Below, piece by piece: positions 23,882 through 39,368 of a stretch of 64,000 nucleotides of DNA. Source of the stretch: Felis catus (taxonomy: Eukaryota); the NCBI RefSeq assembly GCF_018350175.1, contig NC_058368.1, positions 112,780,001-112,844,000 of the forward strand, in the 5' to 3' direction. Under the pieces are notes generated by a model. The model was not told the DNA's origin. It searched no databases and worked only from the letters and a program-made list of their open reading frames with translations. The translations under genes and the position numbers were made by a program. Numbering within the stretch: position 1 is the first letter of the stretch; every line of letters begins with the position of its first letter.

Positions 23882-24367
23882 TGTATTAGTTGCTCAGTTA
23901 TCTCACACTCAGCAGCTTAAAGCAACAAACATTGATTATCTCATAGCTTTTGTGGAGCAGAACCCAGGAGCAACTTAGCTGGGAAGTTCTGGCTTGGGAT
24001 CTGTCAGGCCAAGCTTTTGGCCAGGGCTGCAGTCTCTGAGACATAACTGGGGCTGGGAGTTCACTCTTCATGTGGCTCATTCATGTGGCTGTTGGCAAGG
24101 ATCTGCGATTTGGACCTGTCCATAGCTCTGTGAATGACATGGCATCCCCCAGAGCAGGGATGAGGTAGGGGGTGGGGTGGGGAATCCACTTGGAAGCTAC
24201 AGTCTTTTTATAACCTAATCTGTGAAGTGTCATGCCATCATTTCTGCGATATTCTCTTTGTTAGAAGCCAATTACTAACTCCAGCTTATCCTCAGGAGGA
24301 GGGGGGTAAGCTTCACCTCTTGAGAGCAAGAACCTCACAACTCCTGTGGACATATTTTTAATGGCCA
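23882..24367 (-). mobile_element. MaLR solo LTR (MLT1F-like)
   Basis: tgtattagtt...cagcttaaagcaacaaac...gcttttggccagggctgcagtctctga...gtctttttataacctaatc...gttagaagc. Confidence 0.8.
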
Positions 24368-24857
24368 AGGAAGTACCCATGGTCCAAGTAAACTGCAAAA
24401 ATATTAGGAATAAATGCTTAGAAGTCTCCAGATGTGGAAAAGGACAGACAATAGAAGTGAAAAGCTGTCCTGACCAGTGTGGATAGGAGAGGCTCAGTGT
24501 GGGGACAAGAGTGCTGATGGATAAAAAGAGTCAGAGGGATGGTCATAGATCTGATGAGAGAGGAAAAGTTCCAAAGTAAAGAGAGCAGAGATCAGAAAAT
24601 ACAGAGGTCAGCAGTGATGGAGATGCATTGAAAAGAGTAGAGGGCAGCAGGTCTGACATTAGTCTAAGTAGAAAAGAAAGCAATCAGGATCAGCCAAGGA
24701 AAGGTGATAGAGAGAGCAGGCCTAGCCTGCAGGCAGGTGTGAGGGCCAGAGGAGCCTGGGCCATACATACAGGGAGACTGCAACGAATGGGAAAGGGCTC
24801 TGGAGGCACAACTTGGCTTGGCCACTTAACTGTTCTGAGGTCTGGGGAAAATTGTTA

Positions 24858-24914
24858 ACTTACCATTTTTATTAGACAAAAATGATCAAATATCATCAAT
24901 TTCATATGGGTCAA
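24858..24914. mobile_element. MADE2-like mariner MITE (partial)
   Basis: ttaccatttttattagacaaaaatgatcaaatatcatcaatttcatatgggtcaa aligns by eye to MADE2 (TIR ...caatttcatatggttcaaccta). Confidence 0.65.
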
Positions 24915-25378
24915 TGGAATATTTTGCCTCCCTGAACTTTGACTTCTCAGCTCTAAGGTGCATTTGAAGTAATGCATGTGAAAGGCTGGGTTCTGTGCCT
25001 AGCAAGTGGGGGCCAGTCCATAACTGGCAGCGCCTTTCACTATCAGGTCAACCCTGCTGGGCACAGTGGCTGAAAACCATCACTGGAAGGACCTAAGGGC
25101 TGTGTAGCTTAGGAAACAAAGGGCCAGATTCATTCCTGATCATGGCTAATTCATTTAAAGCAATTCCCTTCCCTTTGTGGGCCTAAGTTTTTCCACCTTT
25201 AAAAGGAGGAGATTGACCTAGAAAAACTCCCATGACTCTTCCAGTGCAACCGAGAAGTTAATAAAATAAAACAGGATCCCGTTGGTATAAATTGCTTGAT
25301 TTTCACTAGCAAAGTGCAGTGTCAGACTGATGAAAGAAGTAATGGTAATTCTATCCCTAAACCTTGTTATTAAGTTAA

Positions 25379-25380
<2 letters not shown>

Positions 25381-25429
<49 letters not shown>
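25381..25429 (+). repeat. (GT)n microsatellite
   Basis: Directly visible perfect dinucleotide run. Confidence 0.97.
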
Positions 25430-25434
<5 letters not shown>

Positions 25435-26887
25435 GCCTCCATCTGTTTGTGTGTATGTGTACTGTAGAGTGTCTGAGTGTTTCTGTGTATCTGTTTCCCT
25501 GCATGTGTTTGTGGGTGTAGGAGGGAGAGAAGTGAAGGAAACAGAGTGGGGAAGGGACCAGGAATATGTAGTGTTCTTGCTCAGGGCCAGGGACCGAGCA
25601 GTGGGTTAGGGATTCAGCAGTGACAGATGGGGGTCTCTGTCCTTATGGAACTGTTGGCTTAGTGAGCCTAGCCTCTGCTTTATTCTGCACTCAGTTTCTC
25701 AGTCTGTGAAATGGAATTTCTGGAGCATTGGAAATAACTTCAGGCCCATAGTGTAAATGTTAATTATACAGTCAAGAGCTGTAGGCACCAGGGGAGGTCA
25801 GTGTTTATTATGCCTCTTCTAGGAATCTACTAGAGAGGCCTTATCACTTGGTTGAACTAGAGGCTGCGATGATTGATGTGACATAGGAGCATGGGACAGG
25901 TGGCCCTGAGCTTGCATGTGGAGAAATTAACATTTTATGGCTCCTCCACCCCCTGCCTCTCATTCAGAAGGCAATACTTGGCTCAAAGCCAGACTTTCCA
26001 ATTATGCCATCAATAAATTTAGTGACATTGGCAAGCGAGGCAGAGGAAGAAAGTGTATGATTCACCTCAGGGTCTAATTTCCACCCTTACCCTCTATCAC
26101 TGGTGTTGGTAACTTCATCGTGGATTCTTTGAGGAAAAATAGGAAATAATCATTTAATGGTCACATTGGAGGTTGTTGATTTATAGAGCCAACATATGTT
26201 CCCTTGTGTACTTTTTATTGGAATATTATACCCCATCAAGTCATTTCCTCCAGACAGGAGCTGAAAGGCACCTAAATCCACAAATAGAAAGGGTCAAAGT
26301 TAAATTCACCAGTGAGTTGGATGAAGGTGGGCCTGGAACCACACACCCAGGACAGTGGTTATTCCTAGTGTCACAAGAAGGAGAACATTCTGGCTACGCT
26401 GGATGTTGCTTGTCTTGAAGTCATCTTCCTGATGTTTATAAATGTTTGTGAAGTTTGTCTGTGGTGGTTCTTATATTTGCACTTCCCCAAGGCTGAGACC
26501 CCATAAGACTTGGTACCAGTGGGGCTTAAGAAATGCAAGAAGTCTCTGAATGAATGGACATGTTAGAACATGGGCTGGTTAGGGTCGGGGCTTGTTATGA
26601 ACTCACCGTGCTGAGTTCTCTCTATGTAGGGTTTCACTTGTCTCTTCATGAGGCAGCCATCAGTGGAAGTTGTGGCCCATAGAAAATCAGGAGAAAAGAG
26701 AAAGGGAAGAGTGACCTGCTCCTTGCTCCCCCTGCCCACCTCTGAAGGATCCCAAGGAAAGCATTCTCATCTGCTGCCAGAAGGGGCATCTCAGAAATCA
26801 GCCATCCCTCTTCCAGCTGTCATGGGAATTTAGCTCTGAACGTCTTCCTTAAAGAACAACCCATTCAGCCAGCATATGTCATTTTCT

Positions 26888-27911
26888 GAGTCCTCTCTAA
26901 CTATGAAAGTCCTAGATGGCATCTTTTTCCAACAGAAGACTATTTTGTCTACATTGAAAACCTGTTGTTTGGTGTAACCACTTCCATGAATCATCTGAGC
27001 AAGATCTTCTGGATAACTTGCCACAGCTCCTGTGACTGTACTTGCTGCTTCAACGTGGACTTTTATATTATGGAGATGGCTTCCTTCTTCCTTAAACCTC
27101 ATGAGCCAGCCTCTCCTAGTTCAGACTTTTCTTCTGCAGCTTCCTCACTTCTCTCAGCCTTCATAGATAGAAGGGAATTAGGGTCTTGCCTTGCATTAGA
27201 TTCTGGCTTAAGAGAATGTTGTGGCTGTTTGGTCTCCTGTCCAGACCACTCAAACTTTCTCTTCGTCAGCAATAAGGCTGTTATGTTTTCTTATAATTTG
27301 TGTGTTCACCGGAGTAGCACTTTTAATTTCCTTCAGGAACTTTTTTTTGCATTCACAACTTGCTAACTGTGTGGTGCAAGAGGCCTAGCTTTCAGCCTCT
27401 CTTGACTTTTGATATGCCTTCCTCACTAAGTTTAATCATTTTTAGCTTCTGATTTTAAGTGAGATGTGCAATTCTTCCTTTCACTGGAACACTTCAAGGC
27501 CACTGTAGCGTTATTAATTGGTCTAATTTCAATATTGTTGTGTCTTGGGGAGTAGGGGAGGCTCAAGAAGGAGAGATAGGGGGAAGGACTAGTGGGTGGA
27601 GCTGTCATAACACATACATTTATCAATGAAGTTCAGCATCTTATTTGGGCATGGTTCCTGGGGCCCCCAAACAGTTACAATAGCAACATCAAAAATCACT
27701 GATCACTGATCACCATAACAAATATGATAATATTAAAAGAGTTTGAAATATTGCAAGAGTTACCCAAAGGTGACATGGGGATGTGAAGTGAGCTCTTGCT
27801 ATCAGAAACACAGCTTGCTTGATGCAGGGCTGCCGCACACATTCGACTTGTGAACGACACAGTATCTACAAGGTGCAATAGAGCAAAGTATAGTAAAACC
27901 AGGTATGCCTG
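26888..27911 (-). mobile_element. Tigger1 (TcMar-Tigger/pogo) DNA transposon, 5' ~1 kb with disrupted transposase
   Basis: Minus-strand terminus CAGGCATACCT flanked by TA (27912-27913). Translated fragments ALKCSSERK and KVHVEAAS...SYPEDLAQMIHGSGYTKQQVFNVD...WKKMPSRTFI match Tigger1 transposase; frameshifted and truncated. Confidence 0.93.
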
Positions 27912-30130
27912 TACTGTGAAAGGCTTTCTCCCTTGTTTCTTGGCTTGGGCCTCTGTTTGACTATGACTAAGTCCTGTGGCAAGCAGGGGGCTGGAGATGG
28001 GTCTAAAGGGAAGTGACTAAGGAGCACAGGACCCCAGTGCTGACCCCACTGGACCCCACCAGACCCCATCTGAGAGCATCTGAAGCCCTGCCGACTTCTT
28101 AGCCCCCAGGCCATTTTGAGTACCCCAGGGACCACTTGGAAGGCAGCATCCCCTGAGAAATGGCAACAGAGTCTGCGGGAGGAAGTGGGGCCCCCAGTGT
28201 CCTTCTGATGCTTCTAAGGTCGTCGAATCCTGATCTTTCTCTTTGTTGGCAGTCCACGTAAATGTAGAATACTTGCTCCCTATCTCCTGCTAAGTAAGCT
28301 TTGGAAATCTGCTTTTTTGTGTGGGAAAAAAAATGGAGCATTTTCAAGGAACTTATTTGCCAAATTGGGCCATCAAGTTTATTATGCTGTTTTTTTCTTA
28401 AAGTCTCCAATTTACCCAAACTGCACTTTCATACTTGGTCCTGCTGTGTTTCTGCCGTCTTGTGACCCTATTTTTAAGTTAAAAAAAATTTTTTTTTAGT
28501 GCATAGCTTCATTTCCAGCAACCCCTTGTGGATTAAAAAGCCTAGAAAGCATCCATGTTGGGATCTCTGTGTGACAGCATCGAGAGTGTCATCTGAATGC
28601 AGCAGGAAGTCTGACAGACACTAAACTTTTTTTTAGAAGCTAGAAATTCTGCCATTTGTGGAGTTAAAGACAATTTCAGCATTTCTGGATGAACACTGCC
28701 ATTTGTCTTTGGAGTAGAGCCTCCTAAAATTCTTGGAGGACCATCTCACTGATGTGGGCCCTTTCAGCCATGCACATGTAGAGCAATTAATAGCCCCCCA
28801 TTTTTCTTGGAGAAGCCCCACATGTACCAAAGAACAAGATGGAAATGCTGCAGTCTGAGCTTTTAAGTGTTTTGTTCTGAAAAGGCAACTGGCAGTGCTG
28901 GCAGTGTGTCTTGTCCCTTGGAGGTAGAGACCTGTTTTCTTTCGTTTTGTTTTGCTTCTGCCTCTGGATTTTGCCTGCCCTTGTCTGTTCCTAGAAAGCT
29001 CATGAGTCTCCTCACTCCAGCATCTGCTCATGGCAGAAGGGCAGCTCGAAGCAGACAAGGGGGTAGGGGCACAGGCCTCAACTCTCTTTCTGGTGAGGTG
29101 AGATGATGAAGGGGGACCACTGGCATATCTCATGCTGTCACTTAATCTGGTAAAAGGCCAGATGTTGCTAAATTTCCTGTTGACCTTTATGCCTTTCTTC
29201 TCCAGGGGGTGGTTATGGGTTTCCTCCTGAAGAAATTGGGGTTTCCACTGTCAACCTGAGAAGTTAATCCTAGAGCAGGAAGGGTGCTGGTGTTGGATGG
29301 GAGTGTGGAAGGACTTCTTCCTTAATTTGGAGCTGAGTGAAGAGGGTGTGAGAAAGGTCATGGATGTGAAGATGCTGGGAGCATCCTACCAAAGGCTCTG
29401 AGTTGGGCCCACTTTCTGGGACAGGCTAACAGATCGGCAAGGACTGGCTGCCATGTGCATACTGAGTGAGGTAGAGCCCGCGGGCCTTTAGAACAGTTCC
29501 AGGAGTGTGTAGTTACCTCTTTGGGAGCAAGTTAACATCACGGCCTGCCATGAGGAGTGAGAAAGCACAATGCCCTGTCCTGGAAGTTGAGAAACTGGGG
29601 TAGTCACCAGCAGAGGCCAGGAGGAAGTGGTGGCTGGTCTGGTCAGAACAGCAGGTTCCAGAGGAGGTACTCGGTGAAGTTGCTGGGGATTTGATAGAGG
29701 GATTTATATAAGTGGGGCTTATGCTATAATAATTTGAGTGTAAAAAAAAATGGTACCCTTGTTGTTTGGTAGTCACAGACTGGTGAGCACATGGACTTGG
29801 TCTTTTCTGTGGGGATCCCCATAAATAACAATACGTTGTTTCTATTCATAAACTCCAAATTAAGATTACATTGGTGTATGTGATTCATGCCAAGGCTCAG
29901 GAATGGAGAACACAGGGAGGACCAGAAAGACAAAGGCTGAGAGGTTAAGATGGACGGGCACATGGTAACACCTGTGCAAGTAGATGAGGCAAAACAGATT
30001 TTTTTTCTGTAAACTTGCTCATTCTGGAGGTCATCGAACTGGCTCTCTGTGTCTCTGTTATGTTGAAAACCATGGTTTGTGGAGTGAAGTCATTGCAGTG
30101 CTGACCACTAGGATATTAAAACAGAAAAGA

Positions 30131-30334
30131 GAGGTGCCTGTGGCTCAGTTGGTTAGGCATCCTACTTTGGCTCAGGTCATGATCTCGTGGTCGGTAAGTT
30201 TGAGCCTGGTGTTGGCTTCTGTGCTGACAGCTCAGAGCCTGGAGCCTGCTTCAGATCCTGTGTCTTCCTCTCTCTCTGCCCCTTTCCTGCTTGCTCTCTC
30301 TCTCTCTCTTTCTCAAAAATAAGCATTAAAAAAA
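30131..30334 (+). mobile_element. Can-SINE (SINEC_Fc-like)
   Basis: gtgcctgtggctcagttggttagg...gctcaggtcatgatctc...(CT)n, A tail; short TSD gaaaaga. Confidence 0.93.
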
Positions 30335-31789
30335 TGGAAAAGACAATGTAGCATTTGTGGAAAACATTAAGAGCTGGAAGGAGGTGTGATCATAAAAACA
30401 AGTTCATAAGCTTTTGCCTTTTTGGAGACTCTGATGTGAGAAACCAGTAAGAAAACAGAAATAAGGTGTTTCTAAGCTTACTGCTGAACTCAGAGCAGTG
30501 ATGTCTGATTCTACTTAGAGGTCAGGCTTTGAGATTCTACTTTGAGGTGAGCTAATTCTCTGTGAGTTGGAGGAGTGCCCTGCCTCACTCTGAACCTCAT
30601 TTTCCCCCTAGTAGAACCACAAATCAGACTTAGCTAGTGCCCTTCCTTTCCAGCTGTGATGCTTTAGGCCTCTGCAGTGGGGTTGCCAGTTGCTGGCCAC
30701 CTGGCCTTTCTCAAATTGAGATGCTTAGAGCGCTGCCCTTGGCTACACACATGCTGTTAGCTTAAGTAGAGGAAGGAGGGCTTTCAGGTGTCCGAGTGTG
30801 ACAAGGGAGAAGGCCTGTTAACGTGGGCAGCATGCATGCCTGAAGGTCCCTTGTCTCTCTGCAGCGCTCCCTGGTGTTTCTGGGCATCACACTTAGGCAT
30901 CCAGGTCACTTGCAGGAAACCAGGTACCTATTATGTAAGGCAGGGAATGCATCTTGAGGGTGTAAGGATTGCTGGGTCATTTCCCTTAGCCCAACCTTGC
31001 ATACAAAACAGCAATATTCAAATGCCGTTTATTCCCAGTAGAAAAGCAGAAAGGAGCATAAAGCAGCATTCCTGTCATTTCTGCACAATTCCAGATCCCA
31101 AGCGGGGCCAGGACCAATGGGAAAGCACACAAAACAAGGGAGGAACGGAACTTCTTTCTCTAGAAACAGAGTAATTTCATCATGAGCTTTAAATGAAAAG
31201 TGTGTCCTGGGCAGCTCTTGGCTTTTGGCAGCCAGTGTTCATATCACGTTCTGGTTTACAAGCAGCTGATATGTGATTCCGGGTATAACAGTTATCTGTA
31301 ATTGAAATCATCATAAAACAAATCCCCCCTGCACTGACTGAGACAGTAATCAACATCAGGAATACTGTGTATATAGTATTCAGGACCCATAAAATATTCA
31401 AGATTAATTTGCTGAACTTCATTCAGGCTTCCATCAGCGCTGTCACCTGGGACCAGAGAAGCAGCAAATTAATTCTGAGCCGCCATTAGTTTCAAAACAT
31501 CAAGAGCAACCTCCTTCGTGTGGCTGTATTCTGCACTGCTTCTCTGCCTGTGCAGATACTTTTTGGAAAAATCAAACAGCTAGAATGCAAAATTCTGGTT
31601 GGCCATAGGAGGTACCCCGGCGCCCCTCCTCGTTCCCAAACTCCCCTTCCGTCCCATCTCAGTGACCCTCGTTTCCTCCTTCAGTTCCCTAAAGTCACAC
31701 ACACTCAGAAAAACAGAAAATGCTGTCTTTGGTCAACACACTGGGAACTCCCACTTAGATACCAAGTCAAGGGAGGGGAAATGCCTGAT

Positions 31790-31940
31790 GGCAATGCACT
31801 AGGTTTCGAGTCAGGAAGTGGTTCTAGTCCTGGCCCTGACACTAATTGCTGTGTCTCTTTGGACAAGTTGCTGTCCTTCTTTAGGTTTTAGTTATACATT
31901 TTAAAAGAGAACTTTGAATTTCTAGAATTCCTTCTTATCC
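31790..31940 (+). mobile_element. MIR SINE fragment
   Basis: gagtcaggaagtggttctagtcctggccctgacactaattgctgtgtctctttggacaagtt. Confidence 0.7.
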
Positions 31941-32042
31941 TTTTGTACTTTGATTTTGCAAGGAAGGCTGGCTAGATGCTTTTAGGTTTCTCCTTCCTCT
32001 GTTCAATCTGATTTGTTACTTTCCTTCAACAATATTCTATCA

Positions 32043-34990
<2,948 letters not shown>

Positions 34991-35216
34991 TATATATATA
35001 TTTATTGAGCCAAATAAAAAAATATTATTAGTGTCTCTCTCCCCTTTTGTCTACTCTCTATTCTCTTTGACCTTGCATATCATACTTGTTTTATTCCTTA
35101 ACTAGTATTTTAGTAATGTTTTAGGCAGGGGTAGACCTCAATGTACTTATTCAATCCTTTAGGTTTATCTTGAAGTTTCTGTGACATTTAATCTTCCAAA
35201 TATGGTTGTACTGTTA

Positions 35217-35412
35217 TTTTTAAAAAATGTGTATTTATTGTTTTGAGAGAGAGAGAGCACATGCGCAGGAGCAGGGGAAGGGAGGGGCAGAGAGAGAGAG
35301 AATCCCAAGCAGGCTGTACACTCAACTCAGAGGCTGATGGAGGCCTTGATCTCACAACCTGAGCTGAAACCAAGAATCGGACACTTAACCGACTGAGCCA
35401 CCCAGGCACTCC
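35217..35412 (-). mobile_element. Can-SINE
   Basis: Reverse head cctgagctgaaaccaagaatcggacacttaaccgactgagccacccaggcac; tactgtta on both flanks. Confidence 0.93.
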
Positions 35413-35424
35413 AGTGATACTGTT

Positions 35425-35530
35425 ACACTCTCATTATTCCAGATGAGGAAACACAGGTTGGAGAGGTAAGGAAGATTTCCCAGAGCCACACAGTTAATAA
35501 GTGAGAGTAGAGATTTTGAACCCAAGGTTG
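35425..35530 (-). mobile_element. MIR SINE core
   Basis: cagatgaggaaacacagg...ccacacagttaataagtg...tttgaaccca. Confidence 0.8.
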
Positions 35531-35534
35531 CTTT

Positions 35535-35800
35535 CTTTTTGGCTTGTTTGTTTTTTTAAAATATAATTTATCGTCAAATTGGCTTCCATACAACACCCAG
35601 TGCTCATCCCAACAAGTGCCCTCCTCAATGCCCATCACCCACTTTCCCCTCTCTCCCATCCCCTATCAACTCTCAGTTTCTTCTCTGTATTTAAGAGTCT
35701 CTTATGGTTTGTCTCCCTCCCTTCTGTTTGTAACTATTTTTTTCCCCTTCCCTTCCCCCATGGTCTTCTGTTAAGTTTTTCAAGATCCACATATCAAGAT
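35535..35800 (-). mobile_element. Short carnivore LINE-1 3' UTR fragment
   Basis: T-rich tail, then tttatcgtcaaattggcttccatacaacacccagtgctcatccc...gatccacat. Confidence 0.92.
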
Positions 35801-35810
35801 ACCAAGGTTG

Positions 35811-36028
35811 TTTTTTTTTTAATTTTTTTAACGTTTATTTATTATTGAAAGACAGAGTCAGAGCATGAGCAGGGGAGGGGCAGAGGGAGAGGGAGACAGA
35901 GAATCTGAAGCAGGCTTCAGGCTCTGAGCTGTCAGCACAGAGCATGATGTGGGGCTTGAACTCACAAACCACGAGATCACGACCTGAGCTGAAGTTGGAT
36001 GCTTAACCACTGAGCCACCCAGGTGCCC
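35811..36028 (-). mobile_element. Can-SINE (SINEC_Fc-like)
   Basis: Poly-T tail, then the reverse body ending gagccacccaggtgcccc. Confidence 0.95.
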
Positions 36029-36439
36029 CCAAGGTTGCTTTTTACAAAACCTGTGTCCTTAGCTACCTGGATGTGCTGGCATTGTGGATTCTTTCGCAAA
36101 TGTTGTAAATTTGGCTCCTGTGTGTTCTCCTCTGAGTGCTGGGTTAGTTCTTCACACACCAACAAACAACACCAGAGTTCTGAGCTGCAGAACTGAAGAA
36201 ATACCATGGACCATGGCAAAGAGACTAAAGAGAAGGATATTCTGATAGGCCCTTGAGGGACAGTCTGCCAGCCTTTTCCCCTGTGCATCGTCACACGTTG
36301 AGAGAGAAATGTGCCTTCTGTCATGATTTAATTTCTCTCTATAAAATATATGGTCCTCTGCCCCTCTCTGCAGTGGTGGCTAGAATCAGAGTGAGGAAGA
36401 CAATGCAGGGGTTTCTTTCATGCACACTCTTCTTTGTTA

Positions 36440-36570
36440 TTTTTTAACTGAAATTTCTATTGAGGTCTGTATAGATTCACACACAGTTGTAAGAAATAAT
36501 ATAGGGATATCCCTGTAATATACCCTTTAATCATTTTTCCCTGATGGCAACATCTTGCCCTATATTATTT
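36440..36570 (-). mobile_element. Ancient L1MC-type 3' end fragment
   Basis: atagattcacacacagttgtaagaaataatatagggatatccc...atggcaacatcttg. Confidence 0.65.
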
Positions 36571-37049
36571 TTTATAGACAGTAAATATTATATTAATACA
36601 TTTTCATTGTTATAGGTTCCGATAATACTGAAGTATAGAGAACAAAGCGTGAAGGTCCATTTTGAGCCCCGTTCTTTCAGACTCTGTCCCCATCTGGGCC
36701 CTCCTCCAGTTTGCTGTGCCTCCTTTGTCCATTATACTTCCTCCCTTCTGTCTTGGTGTTATGGCCAGGGTCATTCTGGGACAAAGTGGAACTTTGGGAT
36801 TTCTGGATGATTCCATGGAACCCCCTTTTTGATTGTAGGTGATATCAGCAGCTCCTAGTCTCTACTCTTTATCTGATTGTCTGACAGCCTCTCAGTTCCT
36901 TTTTTTCCATGCTTCTGTGTCCCCAGTCAGAAAAAAATAGTACCTAGTGTGTTATATAATATAATATCTGTTCTGTACTTAGTAGGACCAATTATTATAT
37001 TTAGTAGTGCACAGTAGTCTGTACTTAGTTGAAGACATTGACTTTATTT

Positions 37050-37280
37050 GTCTTATTTAACACAATGCCCGGAAGTATTCTCAGCATTTTAGAAATATTA
37101 ATTCATTTAATCCTTATAGTAATTCTGTGAGGAGGGCATCACTGTTATTTTCATTATACAGGTGAGGATGTAAGCTATGGAAAAGTTACGAAAGTTGTTC
37201 AAGGTCACACAGCTAGTAAATTATGGAGGATTCAAAGCCATAAGTCTTGCTCCCAGAGTCTGAGCTCGTAACCACTTACA
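37050..37280 (-). mobile_element. MIR SINE
   Basis: tcatttaatccttatagtaattctgtgagg...caaggtcacacagctagtaaa...ggattcaaagcc. Confidence 0.85.
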
Positions 37281-37428
37281 CAGCCAGTTCTCATCCATGC
37301 ACTGATAGAGAGTTCACCTCTTTTCCTTTCCTTTTCTAATATTTACATACATATTCCCTCTGCAGTAGCTCCTTTTTTGTAGGCTATAAACGTGTTGTAA
37401 TATTTGCCACCTTAAAGTGCACGCGAGT

Positions 37429-37429
<1 letters not shown>

Positions 37430-37459
<30 letters not shown>
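37430..37459 (+). repeat. (CA)n microsatellite
   Basis: Directly visible. Confidence 0.95.
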
Positions 37460-37461
<2 letters not shown>

Positions 37462-38185
37462 CACTATCCTTTGTGTCTTGGGCCCTTGCCTCAAGTTACC
37501 ACTCCATTTCTTTCTTCCCTGTGCTCATTTATACCAAGCCTCCAGAGACTCCCCTGCAGCTTCTGTCCCAGTTCCTCAACGGATTCACTGCTAGAGCCCC
37601 TGCCATTAGAGCTCCGGCCTGCACTGCTCCAGGAAACTGCCCGCGTGTTCTCAAAACCCTCATTTCCTCTTACCTCTCCATATATTGATGTAATTAATTA
37701 TATTAATACATTTCCTAATATGAAACCATTCTGGCACTGACATCAGTTTTCATTCTTTAAACTTAGTGCTGGATTCAATTTGCTAATATTTTATTTATGA
37801 CTTTGGTTAGTATCAGATGGACGGACTATTTCCTTAAAACTCGGAGAAGCATAGGAAGTTCTTTGTAGTTCATTTGATTTCCTTGTTAATTTATAGGGGT
37901 TGATTTCCTTGTATAAATAGTTTTACTCTCTGGGTTGTTCATGTCTCTCCCCATGGGATGTCTCTAGTCTACCAATTAAAAGGGAAATAAATGTGCTTTC
38001 TAATTATCACTGAATAGGCACATAAGGTTATACCTTCACATTGAAGCATGGATTCAGAAAGCTAGAATAATCGGAAAGCAACACAGCATTATTTTTTGGG
38101 TCCCCAGAAAATGCAGATTGGTAGAAAGAACATTCGGCCCTTGAGAATAAGCCAGGGAATAACAGTAATGATTGTGGCAAAAATC

Positions 38186-38224
<39 letters not shown>

Positions 38225-38803
38225 TATGAAATTTATTGTCAAATTGGTTTCCATACAACAACCTGTGCTCATTCCAACAGGTGCCCTCCTCAATACCCAT
38301 CACCCACCCACCCCTCCCTCCCACCCCCCATCAACCCTCAATTTGTTCTCAGTTTTTAAGAGTCTCTTATGTTTTGGCTCCCTCCCTCTCTAACCCTTTT
38401 TTTTTTTTCCTTCCCCTCCCCCATGGTCATCTGTTAAGTTTCTCAGGATCCACATAAGAGTGAAAACATATAGTATCTGTCTTTCTCTGTATGACTTATT
38501 TCACTTAGCATAACACTCTCCAGTTCCATCCACGTTGCTACAAAGGGCCAGATTTCATTCTTTCTCATTGCCATCTAGTATTCCATTGTGTACACAAGAC
38601 ACAATTTCTTTATCCATTCATCAGTTGATGGACATTTAGGCTCTTTCCATAATTTGGCTATTGTTGAAAGTGCTGCTATCAACATTGGGGTACAAGTGCC
38701 CCTATGCATCAGCACTCCTGTATCCCTTGGGTAAATTCCTAGCAGTGCTATTGCTGGGTCATAGGGTAGATCTATTTTTAATTTTTTGAGGAACCTCCAC
38801 ACT
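38186..38803 (-). mobile_element. 5'-truncated felid-type LINE-1 3' end with (ATTT)n tail
   Basis: (ATTT)n, 3' UTR, ORF2 C-terminus [29 protein letters not shown]. Confidence 0.95.
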
Positions 38804-39368
38804 TGCTCTTTTCTTTTAGAAATAAACATTTCTTTCTGTGGAGAAGTAAACGGGAAGAAAAATTTCAGAAAGATACATCGTGCTGTTAGCTCCAGAGATA
38901 TGAAATGTTGAAGAGGATTCTTATCTAGCCTGTAGCAAGAACAGAAAAGAAAAGGCCTTGTTTGTATATCAAAATAGGATCGAGATTGTGTTCTCTCTGC
39001 CATATGCAGATCCCAGTCAGGGTTTTCTATTTGCGCTAAAATCTTCACTCTTTTCCTGAGACCAAAACAACACGTCAAGATAACACAGGTGCTGCAGTTG
39101 CCAACAGGGAAGATCTTTGTTTTCTGAAGGAAGGTGTGTTCGTGGGAGAGAGACCAATACTTGTTCACTAGCCTGCTTGTCATGTAGGTTGGGGCCATGT
39201 CTCCCAAGCTCCCAGATGAATTTTCAACACTGAAAAGTGAGCCTGGCATCCAGTCAAAGTTCACTGATATATGCTAAATGGATGAATGAATGACTGCATC
39301 CTCTCAGACATCGTGCTATGACTGCCCCTGTATATATTTTGTATACATATTTTTTCCCGAATCCATTC

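Noticed and set aside
26830..27626. Domesticated TIGD-type transposase gene
   Set aside because: The transposase frame is broken and truncated near the first catalytic Asp region; an ordinary Tigger1 fossil
28633..29133. 166-aa minus-strand ORF
   Set aside because: No recognisable domain; the Lys/Arg-rich part simply mirrors a plus-strand pyrimidine tract
38575..39264. Longest ORF (229 aa) as a gene
   Set aside because: The C-terminal third is L1 ORF2 ([18 protein letters not shown]...). The rest starts at GTG and shows no recognisable homology, so it is most likely chance read-through.
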